Below, one piece after another: positions 23,093 through 30,107 of a stretch of 30,107 nucleotides of DNA. The position numbers and the translations under genes were made by a program. Numbering within the stretch: the first letter of the stretch is position 1; each line of letters starts with the position of its first letter. Origin of the DNA: a virus. Taxonomy: Duplodnaviria; Heunggongvirae; Uroviricota; Caudoviricetes. The stretch spans positions 1 to 30,107 of IMG/VR virus record IMGVR_UViG_2698536535_000005. One strand, written 5' to 3'. The notes beneath the pieces were generated by a model that was not told the DNA's origin, searched no databases, and worked only from the letters and a program-made list of their open reading frames with translations.

Positions 23093-23403
23093 TGGAAGAA
23101 GATATTAGCAATGCAATGGAACAACTTTTAGATCTGACTATCTCACTACAAACAAGAATAAATCAAGCCTATTCAGATTTATGCGATTACACGCTCTCTC
23201 AATGCGTTATTAGCTTAATGAAGGTGAATGTAAGCCTTGACGATTTTATCTCTCTGGTGAGCGATTTAGAGCTAATTGAGGACGATGCCAAGATGTGCAC
23301 TCAAACCATCACAGACACCGCCAGCACGTTAAAGGCTGCAAGTGAAGAGATTCAGCAATTAGTAGATGATTTAGCAAAAAGTGCTATTCCCTCTAAATGG
23401 TAA
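23092..23403 (+). CDS. hypothetical acidic helical protein
   Basis: 103-aa ORF; start overlaps the previous stop (TAATG). Confidence 0.45.
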   Translation: MEEDISNAMEQLLDLTISLQTRINQAYSDLCDYTLSQCVISLMKVNVSLDDFISLVSDLELIEDDAKMCTQTITDTASTLKAASEEIQQLVDDLAKSAIPSKW

Positions 23404-24391
23404 TGAAAATCATTTGCATTTATATAATAAAAATGTTATATTAGTATTAAGGGTAGATAAAAAGGTTTTGACTGGTGTTAATCCTTCTACTGTCATAAAT
23501 CCCTGCATATGGAAGGTGATAGCCTCAAGGGTTGAGTGGCATTAACCTCTAACAAATATTACCTTCCATCTCTCAAGAAGTTTTAGAATAATCATAACTC
23601 CCTCTTTGATTGTTGATTGTTTCTACGTTGTGTTGATGAATGTTGTTAGGCATTGTGCTTAATTTTGATAAAAGCGGGTAGGTGTTATCTCCTTGCCCTT
23701 CCCGCTCTTATTTTTCATCTATGCTTATCCTAAAGCTCCTTATTTTGTCCGAAAACATTAAAGAGCCTTACACTGATAGTTATATTTTATAACTATTTAC
23801 TAACATCATTAAACTCTTATTTAATGACAGAAGTTAGTAACAGAATAATCTATTAAGTTGTTGTCAAAAAACTATCATCTGCATAGCGTTAGCCGCAAGC
23901 AGAGAGAGTTTAGCTAAGAATTGTGCAATAACCTTTGGAAATATTGATAGCAAAACGGGTTTTATAGACTGCAAATCTATAATCTTTGGTTGTAAAAACG
24001 CTTTTTCTGAAACGGTAGATTATTGTTGGTGTAGTTAATCCCTATTAAAATTTAATCTGTGAGTAGATTGGAATAGTGATTCCTTAAAATCTGACTGGTG
24101 CATCCACACCATGAAAGATAGCGGTTAGCCACCGCACCCGAATAGATATTCCTGATTGATTCCGCATGTTTTCCTAAGAGCATGTTTTCAGGAATATCTG
24201 TTCACCCTTTAAACCTATCTTTAAGCATGTTTAATAAGCATTCTTAGAGATACGTTTAAAACCTCCTCAAGGTTTTACTTATCGCTGTGTATTGCCCGAC
24301 ACGTTAATAAATCCCCCTCGCTATTCTCAGATTGAACCTCTTATAGCCTGGGGGATTTATTAAATTCCAACATAATGGAATCGTTATATAA

Positions 24392-24601
24392 ATGAAACAA
24401 GAAATTATCCTGAAATATGGCAATGAAAAGTTAACACTAACTGAAGATGTGTTGAATGCTACAGCCTACGCGCTTGGTATCACTCCCACAGAATTAAAGA
24501 AACAGTGTGAACGTCTTTATAAGGCTGAAAGCAATAAACCATCTCACCAAGATTTGATTAATGCTAAAGCTCAACAAATCAAACAATCTAAGGAAAAATA
24601 A
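24392..24601 (+). CDS. small hypothetical protein
   Basis: 69-aa ORF; stop overlaps the start of the next gene. Confidence 0.4.
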   Translation: MKQEIILKYGNEKLTLTEDVLNATAYALGITPTELKKQCERLYKAESNKPSHQDLINAKAQQIKQSKEK

Positions 24602-24975
24602 TGGCTATTTTAAAATTAAGCGATGTTTTCCTACATCGTAAAAGCATCACTGACGTAGTGAGCTATGCAACCGACCCTTACGCGGCTGTAGAAAGCAAAA
24701 AATTTGCAGCACTTGCACAAGATGTAACGTGCGGCGACCTCATTGATTCATCCGGCGCTAAATATGTTAGCGGCGCTGATGTTCTTGTCGTTGTGTCTGA
24801 CTTCGTAACTGCTGATTCAAATAAAACAGTTAACGTGCTTCGTGCTAATGCCGGACTCGTTTGCATCAAAGCTGATGCCCTGAATGCCGAAGGCGCTGTA
24901 AAAGAAGCTGCTATTGCAGCTCTCGCTGCTAAAGGCTTCCAGCTTGAAGGCTTCCACTCTGTTTTCACATCTTAA
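24601..24975 (+). CDS. hypothetical protein, possible virion decoration or scaffold-type protein (speculative)
   Basis: 124-aa ORF immediately upstream of a ~340-aa gene, the lambda D-E type arrangement; Ala/Val-rich; no direct motif evidence. Confidence 0.5.
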   Translation: MAILKLSDVFLHRKSITDVVSYATDPYAAVESKKFAALAQDVTCGDLIDSSGAKYVSGADVLVVVSDFVTADSNKTVNVLRANAGLVCIKADALNAEGAVKEAAIAALAAKGFQLEGFHSVFTS

Positions 24976-24991
24976 GAAGGAATAAATAATA

Positions 24992-26020
24992 ATGATTATC
25001 GGAAATGAAGTGGTTGATCTTGCTCCACTGTTCGAATTAAACGACTCACGCAATTACCTACTGTCTACTCTGGATTTTACTGATCCTGTGCCTGTAGAAA
25101 GTCACAAAGTGGCTGTTTCCCAGCTTATCGAGAGCAATGAATCTCTGTTCAACCATCCTACAAGCCGTTTTAGCTCTGAGCATAACGTTACTAAGCGTGA
25201 GAACGGGGAAGAATATCTTATTGAAATCCCGTACTTTTTAAGGGAAGACCTGATCAAACCGCAGGACGTGCAAGGCAAACGCAAAGCCGGAAGCTCTATT
25301 GAAGAAACACTGCCGGATCTGTATGCGGAATATATCGCTAAACACAATGTTGCATTCCAGCGCACTAAAGAAAGCATCCTCGCGGCTTCTCTGTTCTCTG
25401 GCAAGACACACACCCCGAAAACTGACGATGTTCTGATCGATTACAGCACTCTGTTCGGTGTGTCTCCAATGACTGCAACCGTTGACGCATCCAGCACCAA
25501 CACAATGACCGTATTCAAGCAATTTGATCAGATGCATACGGATATGATTGCTAAGGCACAAAGCCAGGCTGCAACCATTGAGCGTGTTGTTGTGTTCTGT
25601 AAACCTGCGGCATTCAACGCTATTCGTTACAGCGTTGGCATGGTTAATGCGTTCCAGTATGCAAGCCCTGTAGACGATGCAAACGTGGTGTTTAATGTGC
25701 GTTCTCTGCTGCCTGGTGTAACTACTTTCACCATTCCAGGAACTAACATTGACCTGATCAAAGTGACTGATCCGCTGCTGCTGGCACATATGACCGCTGA
25801 CGCTGTAGCTATTCCTAAACTTGCTAAGGGGGCAGGTGTTTACCAAGCTATTTTTGGTGCGCCTTCCAGTTCATTCGATCTGCTGTCTCAAGGCGCTAAA
25901 GAGTATTACAGCTATGCTTTCGAATCGAATCGCGGCGACGCAGTGCACGTAGTGACCGAGAATAGCTCGCTTGTGGTTAACCACGGTGTTGGCTTCTCTG
26001 TGCAGATCACAGTAGCGTAA
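24992..26020 (+). CDS. hypothetical protein, possible major capsid-like protein (speculative)
   Basis: 342-aa ORF with strong AAGGAA Shine-Dalgarno; size and position after a ~120-aa gene resemble the lambda gpD/gpE arrangement; similarity to gpE not demonstrable by eye. Confidence 0.55.
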   Translation: MIIGNEVVDLAPLFELNDSRNYLLSTLDFTDPVPVESHKVAVSQLIESNESLFNHPTSRFSSEHNVTKRENGEEYLIEIPYFLREDLIKPQDVQGKRKAGSSIEETLPDLYAEYIAKHNVAFQRTKESILAASLFSGKTHTPKTDDVLIDYSTLFGVSPMTATVDASSTNTMTVFKQFDQMHTDMIAKAQSQAATIERVVVFCKPAAFNAIRYSVGMVNAFQYASPVDDANVVFNVRSLLPGVTTFTIPGTNIDLIKVTDPLLLAHMTADAVAIPKLAKGAGVYQAIFGAPSSSFDLLSQGAKEYYSYAFESNRGDAVHVVTENSSLVVNHGVGFSVQITVA

Positions 26021-26172
26021 AAAGTGTTAAAGACGTTCCCCTACGTCTGGAAATAATCGGGGCAATAAGGGTAAGGGATAATCATATAAGCAAAATATGC
26101 GCTGTCTCTTGCCCTTTTTGTTTTTCTACTGTCTACAAACCTAAATAAAAATATATATGTGAGAGAAAACCA

Positions 26173-26370
26173 ATGAACACAGAAAATTCACAGGCATTAA
26201 TTCTTAAATCTGTAAAAGAACTGGCAGCTATTAGCGATGACTCAATAATCAATGTCAGTGCCTTATGCAGAATGCTTTCAATTGATGCAAATAATGTGCG
26301 TCAGCGTGTCTTTCAGACTGGATGTAGCACTTTCGAAGCAATCCAATATTATTGCTCTAAAAAACAATAA
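26173..26370 (+). CDS. small hypothetical protein
   Basis: 65-aa ORF between two larger genes on the same strand. Confidence 0.4.
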   Translation: MNTENSQALILKSVKELAAISDDSIINVSALCRMLSIDANNVRQRVFQTGCSTFEAIQYYCSKKQ

Positions 26371-26404
26371 CAAATAACAATCATAATACAGGGAAACAAT
26401 TAAC

Positions 26405-28246
26405 ATGTTAGAGCTAAACGTGGCACGCCTCTCGAACGTTGTCACCTTCGAAGTTAACCGACCATCATTAGAGAAAGCAAAAGCAGAAGTAGAAAAACTT
26501 CGTAAACAAATGGCGGCGGTGAAAGATATAGAATTGCGTGTTAAGACACATAAACAATCAACCGCTAAAGCAAAAAAAGACGTAGACGATATTGCTAAAA
26601 AGCAAGCACAGGCTGATAAAGCTAATGCTAAAGCACAATTAGCCGCTCAACGTGTAGTTGCAAGAGAACAAAAAGCCCTGGCAGCACGCAAAGAGAAGGC
26701 AGAATTAAAGCTTTTAGACGTTGGAGCAAGCATTAGTGCAATGCACCGTCTTTCTGTAGCGGAACAATATAAAGCTATTGCACAGGCTAGAGAAATTGCC
26801 CTCCAATATGAAAGAGGCGCTATTAGTCTGGCACGTATGAATAGCCAAATGAAACGCCTACAACAGCAACAACGTAAGATTAATGGCAATCGTAACGCTC
26901 ACGCTAAAGCCTATGCACCTGTTAAGGGTAGCGGGAGTATTGGCGGCGGTGCTGCGGCTGTTATGCTGGGTGGCTTAGGCGCTGGCGCTACGTATATGGC
27001 TATGAGCAAAGCCTCTGAATTTGTTACTAACAGCTTTGCGAATGCTGAAACGCTGGGTGAATTGTATAGCCGTGCGAAGCTGGGCGGTGTAGACGTTAAC
27101 CAGATGAACAATATTGAGCAATGGGCCTACAAAAACGGCGTTGATTCAATGATGGGCGAACAAGGTCGTAGGAAGTATCTCGATCAGATGAAAGATGTAC
27201 GGGAGAAGGCTACTAAATCTTATGATGAGGCTGAATATGTAGTTGATAAGAAAACTGGTAAAGGAGAATGGAAGGGCGGCGATAGCGGCATCAATACTTT
27301 AATGAATGAAGGATTCCTAACTAAAAAGGATCTAAAAGACTTTGCTGATAATCCGGCTGGTCTGGTTAGTAAAGCAGTTCAGGGAATGGTAGCTAAAGGC
27401 TATTCAGATGCACAAATCGGTAGTCGTCTGGAAGATCTGGCTGATGATTTGATGCTCACCTCTAAATACTGGACACGCTCCGCTAAAGAAGTGGAACAAT
27501 CAGCACGAGAACAACGAGAATCAGGGCGCTGGGTAACGCAGGCACAACAGGAAAGCGTTATTAAATTCCGTGAACTGAATAATGCACTTAGTGGGCTTTC
27601 TGACTCACAAGGGATCGCCTTTGTTGATGGCTTTATGAAATCTCTTGATCCGAAAGTGATTGAAGAGTTTAAAAAGAGCATGGTTGCAATGCTGCCAATG
27701 TTTACCAAATTAGGCGAGGCTATCGGCGGATTGGTTAACGCCGTAATGAAAACAATCAACTGGCTGATGAAAAACGACGAGAAGACGGAAGCTATTCAGA
27801 AGAATTTAGGGGATGCACCGCCACTATCTAACGAAGGAATGAAGCAGAATCTTTCTAATCTCACTCCTGATCAATATAAAGGCGCTGGCACCGGAACAAC
27901 TAAGCCAGATAACAGCAATTCCCTGGTTAACACTATTAAAAGCTGGTTTATGCCAGAAGAAACGGTAGGTGGGGCGCAGGCTGTAAATCAATACAGTCTC
28001 GAAGGACAAAATATTGCAAATCTGAAACAGAGTGCAGCACAACAAGCTTTCAAGGCTCCTTCTTACACCTTTGCACCTGTTATTAACTTCAATCCAGAAT
28101 TACAAGTAAATGCAGAAGTGCCGCTAACTATCGAATCAGACACCGGACGATTGAGCGAATTTATCGACTTCAAATCAAAGGCATCTTCCGCTGAGTTTAG
28201 CAAGCTATTAACGCTGGGTGTTATGTCAGGCGGGTCAACCTATTAA
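26405..28246 (+). CDS. large coiled-coil protein with Gly-rich hydrophobic segment (tape-measure-like or internal virion-like; function unknown)
   Basis: 613-aa ORF; N-terminal ~130 aa Lys/Ala-rich coiled coil; GSGSIGGGAAAVMLGGLGAGATYMAM hydrophobic Gly-rich segment; no enzymatic motif. Confidence 0.6.
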   Translation: MLELNVARLSNVVTFEVNRPSLEKAKAEVEKLRKQMAAVKDIELRVKTHKQSTAKAKKDVDDIAKKQAQADKANAKAQLAAQRVVAREQKALAARKEKAELKLLDVGASISAMHRLSVAEQYKAIAQAREIALQYERGAISLARMNSQMKRLQQQQRKINGNRNAHAKAYAPVKGSGSIGGGAAAVMLGGLGAGATYMAMSKASEFVTNSFANAETLGELYSRAKLGGVDVNQMNNIEQWAYKNGVDSMMGEQGRRKYLDQMKDVREKATKSYDEAEYVVDKKTGKGEWKGGDSGINTLMNEGFLTKKDLKDFADNPAGLVSKAVQGMVAKGYSDAQIGSRLEDLADDLMLTSKYWTRSAKEVEQSAREQRESGRWVTQAQQESVIKFRELNNALSGLSDSQGIAFVDGFMKSLDPKVIEEFKKSMVAMLPMFTKLGEAIGGLVNAVMKTINWLMKNDEKTEAIQKNLGDAPPLSNEGMKQNLSNLTPDQYKGAGTGTTKPDNSNSLVNTIKSWFMPEETVGGAQAVNQYSLEGQNIANLKQSAAQQAFKAPSYTFAPVINFNPELQVNAEVPLTIESDTGRLSEFIDFKSKASSAEFSKLLTLGVMSGGSTY

Positions 28247-28293
28247 TCATCACTGTGGGGCGGTTTAGCCCCCTTAAATAAGGATTACAAATT

Positions 28294-28971
28294 ATGGCAA
28301 TGGGTCCGTTAACCATTGGTCGCCCGACTGAGGCGAAAATCAACAGCACAAGCAACGATAGCAACGGTAGAACAACTAAAGGGGGTAACGGCTTTGCGAT
28401 CATTACCTCTAACCTCGGCAGTGGTGCAAATGCTGCTTACAATGACTACCAGGCATTATCATTTGATAGCGTGGAATCGACGAAAATTAGCCGAAATGCA
28501 GACGTTACAAGCTATGCCGTCGAATCAGGATCAGAAGTTAGTGATCATGTTCAAATACGGAATAACAAGTTCACATTACAGGGGCGTATCTCTGAAACAG
28601 TATTGAAGCTCAATCCCGATATGATTAAGAATGCGGGAATTAACGGCAATAGACGTATGCTTATGCTTGAATACCTAAATCAGTTGATGGACAGTCGCCA
28701 ACCTTTCCTACTTGTCACTGAGTTAAAAAATTATGACAACGTTGTGTTAGTTGGCATGTCTTACGAAGAAGAAGCAAGCGAAAGCCTATTGTTTACTCTT
28801 GATTTTGAGCAAATCCGTCTTGTCTCTAAAGCAACTACAAGCGCAATTGCGGTAAAAACAGCACCAAATAAATCTGTAGGAGGTCAGGTTAAAATGCAGG
28901 TAAATACAACAGAACAGAAAAATCAAAAAAGCCCAGGGCAAGACGTTGTAACGCCAGTATTTAAACAATAG
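28294..28971 (+). CDS. hypothetical protein
   Basis: 225-aa ORF with AAGGA Shine-Dalgarno; convergent with the downstream integrase. Confidence 0.55.
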   Translation: MAMGPLTIGRPTEAKINSTSNDSNGRTTKGGNGFAIITSNLGSGANAAYNDYQALSFDSVESTKISRNADVTSYAVESGSEVSDHVQIRNNKFTLQGRISETVLKLNPDMIKNAGINGNRRMLMLEYLNQLMDSRQPFLLVTELKNYDNVVLVGMSYEEEASESLLFTLDFEQIRLVSKATTSAIAVKTAPNKSVGGQVKMQVNTTEQKNQKSPGQDVVTPVFKQ

Positions 28972-29012
28972 CCTTAAACACCTATGAAACGCTCTGTAAC
29001 GAGATAATCATA

Positions 29013-29044
29013 AAAGAGGCATTAGTCTATATTGAAGCCTCTTT
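29013..29044. terminator. possible bidirectional terminator hairpin between convergent genes
   Basis: AAAGAGGC/GCCTCTTT 8-bp stem with a 16-nt loop; weak T tail; low support. Confidence 0.25.
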
Positions 29045-29051
29045 ATTACGT

Positions 29052-30050
29052 CTATAGCGTTGTTTTACGCCTTAAATTTGATTTTTTATTGATTGATAAG
29101 CCTTTCTCTATTTCAGGGTAGCGTAAAAGCTCAATATATTTTTTAAGCTCTACTGGAGAAGCTGCATTCTTGCTATATGTGCGGAATGTTTCTGTATTGC
29201 CGCGCTGATGGCCCAAAATTAAAGCTATGCGGTCCTCTGGAATTTGATTTCGATCAAGAAGCTGTGCTACTCCGTGTCTCAGAGAATGAAACACTTTCCT
29301 TTCTGTTCCCTTTTCCCCTAAAGCCTTTCGTTTAGCTCTTGTAAATCGTTGTGTATGCCACGTAGAGCGTTTACCGTCAGCACGTTCTGTAATGCTGGCG
29401 TGATAGAACAAAAAGCCATTGTGAGGCTTTTCACGAAGAGATAACACCAATGGAGTGATAAGGCTATGCACAGGCACAAGACGTGCCGCAGCTTTCGTTT
29501 TTCCCTGTGTGATTTCAAAACACAGCACACCTTCGATCTCTTTCACATCGTCTATTGTGAGACTTGCTATCTCATTGATCCGCATACCTGTATATAAACC
29601 GATAAGACACAAAGCCGTCATTTCTTTGTTTTCTGCTGAATTACCGGAAAATACTTGCAACACCTGCAATAGCTCTTTGTTAGAAAATGCCTCGTAGCTC
29701 TCTCTACTTTGTGCCACATCAAGCCTATGCCCTCGCCAGGGGGAGAGCGCCCTTTCTGGCGCATCGTGGTAACGTGATGAAGCTAATTCCCATAGCTGGG
29801 CCATTGGGCTGATATAATTTGCAATTGATTGTTGTGAAAGAGTTTTTTGCATATGTTCAATCCAGCCTGTAACAGTGGTGCGGCTTACATCTTGCAATGC
29901 AATATCAGGCTTTTTACGGTAGGAGAGAAACATCTCTACCGCTTTTCTTGCCTTAGCTAAAGTGGCTGGCTTCTTCTTCGTGCTGTTAATTGTCAGGTAG
30001 ATTTCAAGAATTTTAAGCAATGACGGACACGAAGACGCTGTATCTTGCAT
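29052..30050 (-). CDS. tyrosine recombinase / phage integrase (different family from the thrW-proximal integrase)
   Basis: 332-aa minus-strand ORF; C-terminal catalytic region with HSLRHGVAQLL (H-x-x-R) and a downstream tyrosine; lacks the long P4-type N-terminal arm-binding domain. Confidence 0.85.
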   Translation of the reverse strand: MQDTASSCPSLLKILEIYLTINSTKKKPATLAKARKAVEMFLSYRKKPDIALQDVSRTTVTGWIEHMQKTLSQQSIANYISPMAQLWELASSRYHDAPERALSPWRGHRLDVAQSRESYEAFSNKELLQVLQVFSGNSAENKEMTALCLIGLYTGMRINEIASLTIDDVKEIEGVLCFEITQGKTKAAARLVPVHSLITPLVLSLREKPHNGFLFYHASITERADGKRSTWHTQRFTRAKRKALGEKGTERKVFHSLRHGVAQLLDRNQIPEDRIALILGHQRGNTETFRTYSKNAASPVELKKYIELLRYPEIEKGLSINKKSNLRRKTTL

Positions 30051-30107
30051 TCTGGTAGCTGTTTTGGCGTATTTAGCCTTACTGCGTAACTGAACCGCCC
30101 CGGGTTT

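Noticed and set aside
24678-25846. Minus-strand ORFs 24678..24968, 24817..25053, 25102..25413, 25238..25846
   Set aside because: Antisense to the 124-aa and 342-aa plus-strand genes, which have strong ribosome-binding sites.
26647-28606. ORFs 26647..26889, 26911..27111, 27400..27759, 27824..28045, 28221..28403 (minus) and 28316..28606 (plus, alternate frame)
   Set aside because: Lie inside the 613-aa and 225-aa plus-strand genes or are antisense to them; no independent support.
29318-29697. ORFs 29318..29530 (minus, alternate frame) and 29455..29697 (plus) within the terminal integrase
   Set aside because: Overlap the integrase coding sequence, which has the conserved tyrosine-recombinase catalytic motifs.

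Overview
The window opens with a complete proA gene and tRNA-Thr (thrW), then runs into AT-rich accessory DNA for the remaining ~28.6 kb. Island 1 (about 1429..17696) is an integrative element inserted in the 3' end of thrW: P4-type tyrosine integrase, AlpA regulator, antirepressor-like gene, a tightly coupled early operon ending in a P4-family primase/helicase, an iteron origin, a FinO/ProQ-like and a PerC-like gene, then low-GC cargo. It is closed by a degenerate 16-bp copy of the tRNA 3' end (attR), with an integrase remnant just inside. The best candidate for an undescribed system is the cargo operon at 14433..16852: a 229-aa protein of unknown function translationally coupled to a 576-aa Orc1/Cdc6-like AAA+ ATPase carrying a C-terminal zinc ribbon and an RNA-polymerase-alpha-CTD-like helix-hairpin-helix tail, which I read as a possible anti-phage defence system. 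Other cargo candidates are a lipoprotein plus small membrane protein pair and an integrase-proximal coiled-coil protein. Region 2 (17697 to window end) holds a serine recombinase with a res-like site, palindrome-containing iterons, a small RHH / winged-helix module, a possible virion-structural cluster lacking terminase and portal, and a second tyrosine integrase. All functional calls come from reading motifs by eye; no searches or computations were run.
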